Sequence record: OR062947.1 | Length of the DNA: 64,000 nucleotides | Strand: one strand, 5' to 3' | From: Escherichia phage 348Ecol098PP | In this document: positions 49,082 to 59,422 of the stretch, in pieces | Position numbering within the stretch: the first letter of the stretch is position 1 | Layout of the letters: every line of letters begins with the position of its first letter | Program-made: the position numbers and the translations under genes | The notes under the pieces: model-generated | What the model was told of the DNA's origin: nothing | The model's input: the letters and a program-made list of their open reading frames with translations, nothing else | The model's database searches: none

Positions 49082-49283
49082 ATTAATCCAGAAATTGTTA
49101 GGCACGGAAATGGTCGAAGTTACTTATCGTGTGACTGACTGCTCGCCTATTCATCCACAGGATGAACCGTATATCAAGACAATTAAAATGCTTAAAAATG
49201 ACGGTGGTTTATCCATTGAAGACCGTCTGCCTAGTTACGGTCATTGGGCAGATGTTGAAATTATAAGTGTTAAAGATGCCTGA
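49071..49283 (+). CDS. hypothetical protein
   Basis: 70-aa ORF. Confidence 0.45.
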   Translation: MLNKLIQKLLGTEMVEVTYRVTDCSPIHPQDEPYIKTIKMLKNDGGLSIEDRLPSYGHWADVEIISVKDA

Positions 49284-49734
49284 ATTAGAAATAAGAAGTA
49301 ATTTCAAGTGGCCGTCATGCGCATTAAGTAACTTTGCTCAATGGCCTTTTGTTATGGATGGTATTCAATTCGGAGGTCTTGAAGGATTTCTCCAAGGATG
49401 TAAGGTGAAAAATGTTGAACAACAAAGACGTATATTTGGGTTGTCTGGATTGGCTGCACAGCAAGCTGGAAGGTCTTATGCAAGAGCTCAGGACCGTGGG
49501 ACCCTCTTCTGGTTAGGAGTTCCATTTTCAAGATACTCTGAAGCGTGGAAAGAATTATACACAAATGCATATTTTGAAGCCGCGATCCAAAACAAGGGGT
49601 TTCGTGATGCCTTACAAGCCTCTAAAGGAAAAATTTTGAAGCACAGCATGGCCAGCCACCTAACAAAAGATGATACAATACTAACCGAAGCTGAATTTAT
49701 TGATGTGTTAAACCTATTAAGAGACTCTTTATGA
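49276..49734 (+). CDS. hypothetical protein
   Basis: 152 aa from the ATG at 49276. Confidence 0.5.
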   Translation: MPELEIRSNFKWPSCALSNFAQWPFVMDGIQFGGLEGFLQGCKVKNVEQQRRIFGLSGLAAQQAGRSYARAQDRGTLFWLGVPFSRYSEAWKELYTNAYFEAAIQNKGFRDALQASKGKILKHSMASHLTKDDTILTEAEFIDVLNLLRDSL

Positions 49735-50555
49735 AGCCTACTATTTTGACTGATATTGATGGTGTATGTTTAAGCTGGCAATCTGGACTTCCTTATTTTG
49801 CCCAAAAATATAATCTTCCATTAGAACATATTTTAAAAATGATTCAGGACGAAAAATTTATTTCTCCTGGTAAACTATTCAATACCGACGATAACCTTGG
49901 TAAACAATTAATAGAAAAATATAATCGCTCTGATTTTATTCGTTACTTAGCGCCTTATTCGGATGCTCTTCGAGTTATCAATAAACTAAAAGAAGACTAT
50001 AATTTTGTAGCCGTGACGGCGCTAGGTGATTCAATTGATGCTCGATTGAATAGACAATTTAACTTGAATGCTTTGTTCCCAGGCGCTTTCTCTGAAGTAA
50101 TGATGTGTGGTCATGATTCTTCAAAGGAACAATTATTTGAACTAGCTAAAACAAAATATAACGTGATTTGTTACGTTGACGATTTAGCTCATCATTGTGA
50201 CCATGCGGCAGAAATTCTTAATGTACCGATTTATTGGTTGGCTCGTGGTGAACGTGATGCCATTCCTCGTACTGCACAACGTGTACACACGTGGGATGAT
50301 ATTGAATCTCGTTTGGTTCCACCTGAGCATAATTCAGATTCAGATCGTGAAGACCTTTTAAAACGATTGGCGGATTTGCTTAAAGAATCTGGTGCAACAA
50401 GTCCAGGCGCATGGCCTAATCAAATTGGTGGCCCCTCGACAACACGTACTCCATATACCTGGCGAACCCCAGGACCAACCGATATGCAGCCATGGTGGAC
50501 GATTCAAAACTTTCCTTTAGATTCGTCCAAATGGACTTGGTCTACAAATTGTTAA
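49731..50555 (+). CDS. HAD-superfamily hydrolase-like protein with unusual W/P/T-rich C-terminal tail
   Basis: 274-aa ORF; N-terminal LTDIDGVCL is a HAD motif I (DxDG[VT]); last 60 aa ...GAWPNQIGGPSTTRTPYTWRTPGPTDMQPWWTIQNFPLDSSKWTWSTNC are compositionally atypical. Confidence 0.5.
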   Translation: MKPTILTDIDGVCLSWQSGLPYFAQKYNLPLEHILKMIQDEKFISPGKLFNTDDNLGKQLIEKYNRSDFIRYLAPYSDALRVINKLKEDYNFVAVTALGDSIDARLNRQFNLNALFPGAFSEVMMCGHDSSKEQLFELAKTKYNVICYVDDLAHHCDHAAEILNVPIYWLARGERDAIPRTAQRVHTWDDIESRLVPPEHNSDSDREDLLKRLADLLKESGATSPGAWPNQIGGPSTTRTPYTWRTPGPTDMQPWWTIQNFPLDSSKWTWSTNC

Positions 50556-50564
50556 GGGTTAATT

Positions 50565-50834
50565 ATGTTTGTAGTTCATGATATTACAGATGGCAAAAAC
50601 ACAACGCGTGACTACGGTCACGTTAACATGTTCTTTCGAGACTGGCCAATGTTTCGTTCAGTAAAAGACGCAGAAATATTTAAAGAGTGTGTTGAACAAG
50701 GGTTCATCTACATTTCAGAATATTATGTTGAAGGTCTCGGTAAATGGATTACCACTTATCAGAAAACGCTGAAATCGCTTCTAGATGAAGTGGCTTATAA
50801 TAGAACCGTAACCAAAATCGAGGACATCAAATGA
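50565..50834 (+). CDS. hypothetical protein
   Basis: 89-aa ORF. Confidence 0.5.
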   Translation: MFVVHDITDGKNTTRDYGHVNMFFRDWPMFRSVKDAEIFKECVEQGFIYISEYYVEGLGKWITTYQKTLKSLLDEVAYNRTVTKIEDIK

Positions 50835-52324
50835 TTTTAGATATTTTAAACCAAATAGCTGCGATCGGTTCTACTAAAACAAAACAAGAAATCCTTAAGA
50901 AAAATAAGGACAACAAATTACTTGAACGTGTGTATCGTTTAACATATGCACGTGGTATCCAGTATTATATTAAGAAATGGCCAGGACCGGGTGAAAGGTC
51001 TCAAGCATATGGTCTTCTTGAATTAGATGACATGTTGGATTTTATTGAGTTCACATTAGCCACTCGTAAACTCACCGGTAATGCTGCAATTAAAGAGCTC
51101 ATGGGTTATATCGCTGATGGTAAACCTGATGATGTAGAAGTCCTTCGTCGTGTAATGATGCGCGACCTTGAAGTAGGTGCTTCAGTGTCTATCGCGAATA
51201 AGGTGTGGCCTGGACTTATTCAATTGCAACCACAGATGTTAGCATCTGCATATGATGAGAAATTGATTACTAAAAATATTAAATGGCCCGCATTTGCCCA
51301 ATTAAAAGCAGATGGTGCTCGTTGTTTCGCTGAAGTTCGCGATGATGGTGTTCAATTCTTTTCTCGTGCTGGTAACGAATACCATGGTCTTACTCTATTA
51401 GCGGATGAACTAATGGAAATGACTAAAGAAGCTCGTGAAAGACACCCTAATGGGGTTTTAATCGACGGTGAATTAGTTTATCATTCATTCGATATTAAAA
51501 AGGCTGTGAGCTCAGGAAATGACCTGTCGTTCTTATTTGGTGATAATGAAGAATCCGAAGAAGTACAAGTTGCAGACCGTAGCACTTCAAATGGTTTAGC
51601 AAATAAATCTCTTCAAGGGACTATTTCTCCTAAAGAAGCGGAAGGTATGGTTCTTCAAGCCTGGGACTATGTTCCTTTAGATGAAGTCTATTCTGACGGC
51701 AAAATTAAAGGTCAGAAATACGATGTTCGTTTTGCTGCTCTTGAAAATATGGCTGAAGGCTTTAAGCGAATTGAGCCAATTGAAAATCAGTTAGTTCGTA
51801 ATCTTGACGAAGCTAAAGTAGTTTATAAAAAATATGTTGACCAAGGTCTTGAAGGTATTATCCTTAAAAACCGTGATTCATATTGGGAAAACAAACGCTC
51901 TAAGAACCTAATTAAATTTAAAGAAGTTATTGATATCGCTTTAGAAGTTGTAGGATACTATGAACACTCTAAAGACCCTAACAAATTAGGTGGTGTCGAA
52001 CTCGTATCACGTTGTCGTCGTATTACAACCGATTGTGGTTCAGGGTTTAAAGATACAACTCATAAAACAGTTGACGGTGTAAAGGTTCTTATTCCTTTAG
52101 ACGAGCGTCATGATTTAGACCGTGAACGATTAATGACCGAAGCTCGTGAAGGTAAATTAATTGGACGTATCGCTGATTGTGAATGTAATGGTTGGGTTCA
52201 TTCTAAAGGCCGTGAAGGTACTGTAGGTATTTTCCTTCCAATTATTAAAGGGTTCCGTTTTGATAAAACAGAAGCGGATTCGTTTGAAGACGTATTTGGA
52301 CCGTGGTCCCAGACAGGTTTATAA
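50831..52324 (+). CDS. 30: ATP-dependent DNA ligase
   Basis: 497-aa ORF; MILDILNQIAAIGSTK..., adenylation motif KADGARCF, matches recalled T4 DNA ligase. Confidence 0.9.
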   Translation: MILDILNQIAAIGSTKTKQEILKKNKDNKLLERVYRLTYARGIQYYIKKWPGPGERSQAYGLLELDDMLDFIEFTLATRKLTGNAAIKELMGYIADGKPDDVEVLRRVMMRDLEVGASVSIANKVWPGLIQLQPQMLASAYDEKLITKNIKWPAFAQLKADGARCFAEVRDDGVQFFSRAGNEYHGLTLLADELMEMTKEARERHPNGVLIDGELVYHSFDIKKAVSSGNDLSFLFGDNEESEEVQVADRSTSNGLANKSLQGTISPKEAEGMVLQAWDYVPLDEVYSDGKIKGQKYDVRFAALENMAEGFKRIEPIENQLVRNLDEAKVVYKKYVDQGLEGIILKNRDSYWENKRSKNLIKFKEVIDIALEVVGYYEHSKDPNKLGGVELVSRCRRITTDCGSGFKDTTHKTVDGVKVLIPLDERHDLDRERLMTEAREGKLIGRIADCECNGWVHSKGREGTVGIFLPIIKGFRFDKTEADSFEDVFGPWSQTGL

Positions 52325-52512
52325 TGAAAGCTTATTTAGAAACAGTTATTGTAGCTAAGAAGGATGGTGGAGATGTTTCCACCTCTTGCTCTCAGATTAT
52401 ATTAGATTTTCCTAATAACGATTCCTATCATATTTTTATGGACAATTTCGATAAGTACGAAAAAGGCTCTAATTTTGAAGTTTATCGTACTTTGCTTCCG
52501 ATTGTGGATTAA
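52324..52512 (+). CDS. hypothetical small protein
   Basis: 62 aa, ATG overlaps the ligase stop (TAATG); followed by a terminator. Confidence 0.45.
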   Translation: MKAYLETVIVAKKDGGDVSTSCSQIILDFPNNDSYHIFMDNFDKYEKGSNFEVYRTLLPIVD

Positions 52513-52532
52513 GAGCCTTCGGGCTCTTTTTG
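52512..52532 (+). terminator. rho-independent terminator
   Basis: gagccTTCGggctc followed by ttttt. Confidence 0.6.
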
Positions 52533-52567
52533 GCATAAATATAAATTATTACTAAAAGGAAAACACT

Positions 52568-54655
52568 ATGTCTGAACAATTAAATGAAGTGTTTGAATCT
52601 GAAGGCAGTCTTCCTGTCGTCAATTTGAACCCTAAAGCTAAAGTTCCACAAGTCTGGAAAATTGGTGATATCGATACAAATATTGTAGTTCGTTTATTCT
52701 CTTACCTTTCCGAAGGCGACGCTGTAAAACAAGTTAAACTTGGCGACAAATACGCTCATGTTGTTATTATGAGTCTGTCTGAAAAGGGTAATCTCGCTGA
52801 ATTGAAAAATGGCCTTGGTCCTGCTCCTATTGATGCAATCAACACCATTTTCAATACAGTATATGAACAAGTTAAAGCTCTTCGTATGGATGCAGTTCTG
52901 TTCCGATTCCCTACCAAGAAATTGAAAGGACGTGGACAACAGCTTCAAACTCTTCTTGCTCGTTTAGTTTCTACTAAAACCGGTGGTCGTTTTAAAGTAT
53001 TGTCGGCAATGTATCAATTCACAGGTAAACACACCTATGTGATGATGGTTCGTAAAAATGCCAACATTGAAGATATTAAAGGCGTCCCTAACATTAATAC
53101 AGAGTTATACACGAAAGTAGATTCTGATGTTGGCGAAGTTTATGTGAGTAAAAAGACCGGCGAAACGGTCACCAAAGAAACGGCTATCGCCGGTTCTATT
53201 GCTGCTGTAGAAGAAAAACGTAAAGATAAGCCTGTTATTGCTCGTACTAAAATTTCTCGTCGTGCTATTGCAGCAAGTCAATCTTTAGAAGCTGACCGCC
53301 AAGAAGGTGAGTTATTCCAGAAATACGAAAATTCTGCTAAAGAAGTTAGTGGCCCAGCTACAGCCGAATTACTTCCTGAAGCATATGAAATCGTACTAGC
53401 CCAAGCATCATCCACAGCAAAAGGCACTTTAGTTGCTGATATCGAAAATAAGATTTATAATCGTATTGATGAATCCTTTAGATTTGCTGATGAAGTTTCT
53501 TATGGTAGTGTTATTAAGCCAACTTTAGAAAAGTTTGCTAAGAAAATTAAAACTGAAAAAACAACATCTGTTAAAGCATTAGCTGCTTTTGTTGAAGCTG
53601 CAAACGAAATTGCGGACTCTATTAAAGACGAATGGTTTGAAGATTTTAGACGTGATAATTTCCAACTGGCCGACGATGTTTTAGCTGAAGTATCTGAAAA
53701 AACTTGGAAACAACGTAAATCAGCGTTCTTGTCTAATGTGATGTATACTTATGCACGAGAATCGGCTAGAGGCACCTTTAATATAACAATGAATCGGGAC
53801 CCTAAACAATACTCTGTTGCTGAAAAACGAGCTATTCGTGAATATGCCTCTTCTGCGTATACCGATATCAATAATATGTTGTTAGGTCGTTATAAACCAG
53901 ATTTTTACGATGTTGCGGATGAAGATGAAGTTAAACGCGCTATTGATGGTCTTGATTCGGCGTTTTTAAATGGAGACCGTTTACCTGAAGGACTAACGTT
54001 ATATAGAGCTCAGTCTATCAGAATGCCTATTTACGAAGCAATGGTTAAAAATAAGGTATTCTACTTCAGAAACTATGTTTCCACTTCACTAGCTCCTATT
54101 ATTTTCGGCGGGTTTAAAGAGAACGTTGCCCTTGGACTTGCTCCTGAAGAAGTTCGCAAAGAGCTTAACATTGATAATAATGACGAAGGTGTTACTATTT
54201 CTCCTAGTCAAGTAAGAACAGCTATGCATGCACCAGACCAAATCCGTGTTAACGTTGGATGGGCTATTGATGGCGCCCATAAAGTTAACGTGATTTATCC
54301 AGGACAGTTGAGTAATCACCCTAATGAGCAAGAAATTATTTTGCCTAGAGGCATTCTCTTGCAGATAAATAAAATTACAGATGCGTCATCTGACACTGGT
54401 GCAGGTTTAGAATCCAACCTTAAATTTATTCAAGCTGAAGTCATGTCCTCGGACCAGTTGGACGAAGCTGTCATTTACGATGGTGATGTTCTCATGGAAA
54501 CAGGCGAGGTGGTTGCTATGACGGGTGAAATCGAATCAGATGAGCCGGTATCGTTCGCCTCATTTGTAGAAAAAACTAGTGCTCCTAAAGGATTGAAATT
54601 GTTAGCATCTTTAATGGATTTAGAATCAGTTCCGTTTAAATTTGTCCAAGGATAG
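52568..54655 (+). CDS. alt: ADP-ribosyltransferase Alt
   Basis: 695-aa ORF adjacent to the ligase as in T4; R-S-E ADP-ribosyltransferase triad (TLYRAQ, YVSTSL, EQEIILPRG); late-promoter-like tataaatt at 52540-52547. Confidence 0.7.
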   Translation: MSEQLNEVFESEGSLPVVNLNPKAKVPQVWKIGDIDTNIVVRLFSYLSEGDAVKQVKLGDKYAHVVIMSLSEKGNLAELKNGLGPAPIDAINTIFNTVYEQVKALRMDAVLFRFPTKKLKGRGQQLQTLLARLVSTKTGGRFKVLSAMYQFTGKHTYVMMVRKNANIEDIKGVPNINTELYTKVDSDVGEVYVSKKTGETVTKETAIAGSIAAVEEKRKDKPVIARTKISRRAIAASQSLEADRQEGELFQKYENSAKEVSGPATAELLPEAYEIVLAQASSTAKGTLVADIENKIYNRIDESFRFADEVSYGSVIKPTLEKFAKKIKTEKTTSVKALAAFVEAANEIADSIKDEWFEDFRRDNFQLADDVLAEVSEKTWKQRKSAFLSNVMYTYARESARGTFNITMNRDPKQYSVAEKRAIREYASSAYTDINNMLLGRYKPDFYDVADEDEVKRAIDGLDSAFLNGDRLPEGLTLYRAQSIRMPIYEAMVKNKVFYFRNYVSTSLAPIIFGGFKENVALGLAPEEVRKELNIDNNDEGVTISPSQVRTAMHAPDQIRVNVGWAIDGAHKVNVIYPGQLSNHPNEQEIILPRGILLQINKITDASSDTGAGLESNLKFIQAEVMSSDQLDEAVIYDGDVLMETGEVVAMTGEIESDEPVSFASFVEKTSAPKGLKLLASLMDLESVPFKFVQG

Positions 54656-54684
54656 TTTACAAACACATGGATGTGTGATACTAT
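54655..54684 (+). promoter_or_regulatory. T4-type early promoter
   Basis: GTTTAC at 54655-54660, gtgtgatactat -10 region. Confidence 0.45.
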
Positions 54685-54713
54685 CATCCCATCAACAACA
54701 TGAGGAAAACGTT

Positions 54714-55007
54714 ATGAAATCTATGCTTCGCTTTAATGGTCAAGAACTAGTAGTTGAAGATGCTATCCCAGCGGATGATGTTTTTAACGAAGCTGTGATT
54801 GACGAATTGAATCGAGTATTCCCAGGTGCATTCCATATTGCTATGGAACCTCTTAAAAACTTTCGTGACCCTGAGCACACTGATCAAATTTTTATCGGTG
54901 TAGTGACAGGTCATTTAGAAACAGAGGTACCAATGGTCGTATTAGTTAAATACTCTAAAGATGATACTCCATTCCGAGCACCAGCATTCCTTTCATTCCG
55001 TAAATAA
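54714..55007 (+). CDS. hypothetical protein
   Basis: 97 aa from the ATG at 54714 (gagga RBS). Confidence 0.5.
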   Translation: MKSMLRFNGQELVVEDAIPADDVFNEAVIDELNRVFPGAFHIAMEPLKNFRDPEHTDQIFIGVVTGHLETEVPMVVLVKYSKDDTPFRAPAFLSFRK

Positions 55008-55021
55008 ACCCCTAAAGGGAG

Positions 55022-55044
55022 ACGTTGTCTCCCTTTTTCTTATA
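55022..55044. terminator. hairpin terminator between convergent transcription units
   Basis: gggagac-gtt-gtctccc followed by tttttc; lies between the plus-strand ORF end and the gene 54 end. Confidence 0.55.
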
Positions 55045-56002
55045 GTCCTAAAACTCTTGACGCAGAATTCACCACACCTGTCAATGTGTTTATATTAGAC
55101 ACACCTCCAGCGGTCCCACCTAATCTAGAAAGTCTTGATACTGCACTTCCTAGACCAGAATCATTCTGATTATTTCCAAACATTCCTGAAACACTACTAA
55201 TAAGTCCTGATTCCAACCATTCTAAAGCAGCCTGTCTATTTACAGCACCTGATTGCATAACGCGATAAGCAAATGTTACATCAAAAACTGTTATCTGATT
55301 ATCACCATCATACGTTAACTCAGGAGAAGAGACACTAACAGGAATACATCCGGTGAACATGACAGCGGTATGTGGTAAACCATTTCGCGCATGTAAATTA
55401 ACCTGAATATCTGCTTCGACGTCTTGTGGTAAAGCGCGAAGACCTGTTACAGGGTCTTGGACCGAGTTTACCCAGTCTTGCATTGCTCTAAAGTTAGATG
55501 CTTCGGAATCCATTCTAAAGCTTATTACTAATGGGTCCATTTCTCGGCCGGTAATTCGGATGTTCGGTGAGTTATAGTTGAAATCCGTTTCATAAGATAA
55601 TCGGTTCTCAGGCATTTTTACAGAATAAATCATTAAACCTGTATTATTATATGCCATATTGAAGAAGTCTATCAGATAAGATCCTACTGTGAACTCACCT
55701 AACAAGCTTTGTACCGTACGTTGACTCATTGCTCCAATCAGATATTTACTTATACCTGATTTTCGAATTAATTTCTGTGTTCCTGCTGTAATCAGGGTTG
55801 TTACGCCCTGATTGATATCACCTTGAGTCAATCCTAGCCAATCGGAATCCAACCCTAAGTTATTATAAGCAAAACTACCAATTGACGAAATTAGCGAAGA
55901 CGATTTGGTTGATGGTGTAGTAGCAAATACACAACTAAACATATTGTTTCGTTGGAAATCTGCATTTATAGCTTGGTTATTAAATTCTTCTAAAGAGTAC
56001 AT
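55040..56002 (-). CDS. 54: baseplate tail-tube initiator gp54
   Basis: 320-aa ORF, same length as T4 gp54; last gene of the 51-27-28-29-48-54 order. Confidence 0.8.
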   Translation of the reverse strand: MYSLEEFNNQAINADFQRNNMFSCVFATTPSTKSSSLISSIGSFAYNNLGLDSDWLGLTQGDINQGVTTLITAGTQKLIRKSGISKYLIGAMSQRTVQSLLGEFTVGSYLIDFFNMAYNNTGLMIYSVKMPENRLSYETDFNYNSPNIRITGREMDPLVISFRMDSEASNFRAMQDWVNSVQDPVTGLRALPQDVEADIQVNLHARNGLPHTAVMFTGCIPVSVSSPELTYDGDNQITVFDVTFAYRVMQSGAVNRQAALEWLESGLISSVSGMFGNNQNDSGLGSAVSRLSRLGGTAGGVSNINTLTGVVNSASRVLGL

Positions 56003-57111
56003 TAGAAAGTCCCCGCATAAAGTGAAGAACGGTTTAATGTAATAATTTCTCGCATTGTTATCTCTAACGTAAATGTTGATGGTAAGTTAGGAGCAACAGC
56101 GAGACCATTAAATTGTCCATTTGGAGTTTTATCAAAACGTACGCTTTGAATTTGACATGGGCCAAATACATCAGTTAACCCGTCAAATTTAGACGTGTGT
56201 CCAAAGTTTTTAACCATCCAAATTGTAGGGTTGCTTACAACTAATACATTTGTTAATGACGCAGTAATCTTTTCAAACAATGTCTTATTTTTTACTGCAT
56301 CATCTGGTGTCATAGGCTCAATAAACGTTGAACGGTACCATTCGTCTAAATAACTTTTAATCTCTTGGGCGTACTGTGATTTACCGGTCTCACCATATGA
56401 GAAATAGTTAAAATACTGGTAAATGTTTATAATAGCCATAAGGTCTTCAGTTGAACGCGGAGTTAAATCCCATGTAAAGACTTTGGTACGGTTCTCAGCA
56501 CCACCGTACATACTACGAGAAGTCGTATAAATCTGTTCGTTATTATCAGCCATAAGCCCTTGAGTAATAGAATCTAATGCACCAAAAACTGCAGTAGAAG
56601 CAATGTTACTTAAAACACCCGTAGCAGTACCTCCACCTTTAGTAATAAGGCTATCACCGATATCATTAAAACGATGTGAAGTTGTATCAACGTCAGATTT
56701 GGAACGTGGCAAAAGTATATTAGCAACAGGAGTTTTATTTATAGTAGATTTATTAGCTCCGGCAGGAAGCAACCCATTAGAGAATTTAGTCACTGCATCT
56801 TTCACATTATCAGTTAAATCTGATATGATACCATTAGATGAAGTCCCGGCGTATGCCGGACGTAAATTCCTGAGGGATCCTGAATCGCGTGCAGACATAT
56901 TGTACGCGGTAAATAATAATCCATTCTTATAAAGGTCTGTTACCTGGAAGTCTCCTGTGGAGTCATTTCCGGCTGCTCTTCCTGTAGGAAATTGAGCAAC
57001 ATAAGTTTTAGTAGTTGTTTCGGTTTTAGTGCTTTGCCCAGCACTTTCTGAGACTGGGATTGCTTTATTTAAATCCTTTGCATCTACTACTATTTCTTTT
57101 ACACTAATCAT
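56002..57111 (-). CDS. 48: baseplate tail-tube cap gp48
   Basis: 369-aa ORF (T4 gp48 is 364 aa), between genes 29 and 54. Confidence 0.8.
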   Translation of the reverse strand: MISVKEIVVDAKDLNKAIPVSESAGQSTKTETTTKTYVAQFPTGRAAGNDSTGDFQVTDLYKNGLLFTAYNMSARDSGSLRNLRPAYAGTSSNGIISDLTDNVKDAVTKFSNGLLPAGANKSTINKTPVANILLPRSKSDVDTTSHRFNDIGDSLITKGGGTATGVLSNIASTAVFGALDSITQGLMADNNEQIYTTSRSMYGGAENRTKVFTWDLTPRSTEDLMAIINIYQYFNYFSYGETGKSQYAQEIKSYLDEWYRSTFIEPMTPDDAVKNKTLFEKITASLTNVLVVSNPTIWMVKNFGHTSKFDGLTDVFGPCQIQSVRFDKTPNGQFNGLAVAPNLPSTFTLEITMREIITLNRSSLYAGTF

Positions 57112-57119
57112 AATAATCC

Positions 57120-58892
57120 TTAATTAACACCGGTGGCATGGAAAATTCCAGGAGCCGTTGTACTTGTTACAGGGGTCATATTCTGGACTACGGTATTCTT
57201 TTTGACGACATTATTTGTGTTACTAATCGCCGCTACCGGTTGCTGTTGTTTAGATTCAGAAGCACGTCCTTTCTCTATTGACTGAACTTGTTTTGCTTCC
57301 GGAGATTTAGACGAAGATTCAGGCTTAACTGTTGTCTGAGCCTTTTTGGCTTCAGCCATTTTATTATTTAGCTTTTCAAATCTAGCATCTAATTCCTTTT
57401 TAACAACAGGAGTTTTATTAAGTTCAGGGTCTTTAATAAGTTTACTTAAATCGGCATAAGACTTCTCGACGTTTTTAGCATTTTCTGGATTAGTCATATC
57501 GATTTTATCGATATAATCCTCAAATCTAACCAGTGCCGCACGAGTTTCATTAGCTTTTATATACGCCTCTTTACGCTCCTCTTCAGGTAACTCTTTTAAT
57601 TTTGCCGATTCCGCAGCACGCTCATCGCTTGTACTAAACTCTTCTTTATTGTCATTACCACGAACCCAGTTAGTAACGAATGTTTTGCCGCGTTGTAACA
57701 TATCAAGACCTTTAGAAACGGTTCCTAATTCCCCATCGTCACGTTTCATTTGATATTTAGCGACTTTCTCTTGGTCTTCTTTCTTTAATTTGTTCCCAGT
57801 AGTTTCTTGGAATCCTTCCAAAGCACGTCCTTCTATTTCGTCCGCTGTATCGCCAAAACCTATAGCACGCAATATAGAAGCAGAGAGTTTAGCCATTCCT
57901 AATTGAATTAGTTCACCTAAGTTCATTAATGCTGTTCCTACACCTTTGACAATAGCAACGGTTAAACCACCCCAGTCTCCAGCTTCCCACAATTGTTTTA
58001 TAGAGTCAATAGAAGTGAATATATCACTTAAGAATTTACCCCACTCTTTAGCTTCATCGGAGAATTTAGTAAAGTTTTCATCAAATAAATCCCAGGCAGA
58101 AGTGAACTTGTCTGTCCAATATTTGAAATGGACTATCAATAAATCAATACCGATAACAATACCAAGAATAAGTGCGGCCATTTTTGCTGCTTCAATAGCA
58201 GCCGTTATAGTGTATTTGAAAAGCATTCCAGCAATTCTGTCTGAAATTGATATTGATTTATTAAACCCGGTTTGAACTGTTTTGGTGAGCATTGCAATTT
58301 TATCGCTCAATTTAAAGCTAATTCCGCCTTTAGAATCGGAAGTAGAATTAGCACTTTCTTGAACCGGGGCTGGGAAGAAATCTTCGTCTGGCTTATTATC
58401 AATCTTTTCAGGTGTAGGGAATGCTTTAAACAACTCGTCAGAAGTTTCATTCTCAACCACTTTAACAGGTATTGCGTTCTCAATTACTTCAAGAGAGGTG
58501 CCTCCTGTATTTTGAATAGCGGTAGATGTTTGTAATTTTTGCTCTAATAATGTAGCTAATCGGTCTAACTTAGAGCTTATTGCACTAGAAACTTCGTTTA
58601 TACTTTTAGTGACTTCAGTTTGTTTTTCAATAACTTCTGCGATAAGCTCTGTGCCTTCAGCAGTATTATCTGTCGAATTCTTTAAGTCTCCAATTGATTC
58701 AATAATTCCATTGCCTTTATCTTCCACACTTTGTGATGTGAGTTCAGACGCGGCTTGGACATCGTCTAGTTTTGATGAAATGTCATTCAATGCTTCTAAT
58801 GAATCGGTAGCTGCTGTTGCAGCTACTTTTTGTGGTTTATTATCGGCAATGACCTTATTTCTACGCATGGATTTCATTTCTTCAGGTTTCAT
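57120..58892 (-). CDS. 29: tail tape measure/baseplate hub protein gp29
   Basis: 590-aa ORF, same length as T4 gp29; coiled-coil-rich. Confidence 0.8.
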   Translation of the reverse strand: MKPEEMKSMRRNKVIADNKPQKVAATAATDSLEALNDISSKLDDVQAASELTSQSVEDKGNGIIESIGDLKNSTDNTAEGTELIAEVIEKQTEVTKSINEVSSAISSKLDRLATLLEQKLQTSTAIQNTGGTSLEVIENAIPVKVVENETSDELFKAFPTPEKIDNKPDEDFFPAPVQESANSTSDSKGGISFKLSDKIAMLTKTVQTGFNKSISISDRIAGMLFKYTITAAIEAAKMAALILGIVIGIDLLIVHFKYWTDKFTSAWDLFDENFTKFSDEAKEWGKFLSDIFTSIDSIKQLWEAGDWGGLTVAIVKGVGTALMNLGELIQLGMAKLSASILRAIGFGDTADEIEGRALEGFQETTGNKLKKEDQEKVAKYQMKRDDGELGTVSKGLDMLQRGKTFVTNWVRGNDNKEEFSTSDERAAESAKLKELPEEERKEAYIKANETRAALVRFEDYIDKIDMTNPENAKNVEKSYADLSKLIKDPELNKTPVVKKELDARFEKLNNKMAEAKKAQTTVKPESSSKSPEAKQVQSIEKGRASESKQQQPVAAISNTNNVVKKNTVVQNMTPVTSTTAPGIFHATGVN

Positions 58893-59422
58893 TCAAGCAA
58901 TCCAATAATTTCTGCTATACCCTTAATAGGACCATTAGGGCCTGGAATAGCAATAGTTGTCGAAAGGTCTTCTGCCCATTTGATTACAAAAGCAGGCATC
59001 TCAAGGAAAGAAATTTCTTTCTCTTCGTCATTAACTTTTATTAAGCAATTTGATAGCATTTCACTGATTGTAGCGAATTGTTCAAATTTGCCTGGAGGTC
59101 TAAAATAAAAAGTATTACCTTGAAATTGGAATTCTGTTCGTTGGCATACATAGACGTCATCTAGTTTATATGTGAATCCATCTTTTTCAACTTCAGACTT
59201 AAGTTTGTTATTAAATTCCAATATGTGTAGACATGCAAAATCAAAATCTGCGGGACTCATATTTTTACAAATAGAATCAGCTAAGATTTTCATGTTTTCA
59301 TCAGGACCTTTAACGTCCTTTAAAAGATTATAATGTTTGAGCCCTAATTTAGGAATCATTACCTTTTTATTAGACTGTGGTAGAATTATTTTCTTTAGAG
59401 GTAGAATCAGATTTAAGTTCAT
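58889..59422 (-). CDS. 28: baseplate hub distal subunit gp28
   Basis: 177-aa ORF, same length as T4 gp28; overlaps the gene 27 end. Confidence 0.75.
   Translation of the reverse strand: MNLNLILPLKKIILPQSNKKVMIPKLGLKHYNLLKDVKGPDENMKILADSICKNMSPADFDFACLHILEFNNKLKSEVEKDGFTYKLDDVYVCQRTEFQFQGNTFYFRPPGKFEQFATISEMLSNCLIKVNDEEKEISFLEMPAFVIKWAEDLSTTIAIPGPNGPIKGIAEIIGLLE

Noticed and set aside
52540-52547. Late promoter upstream of alt
   Set aside because: The sequence is TATAAATT, one mismatch from the TATAAATA consensus; noted in the alt evidence but not listed as a separate promoter.
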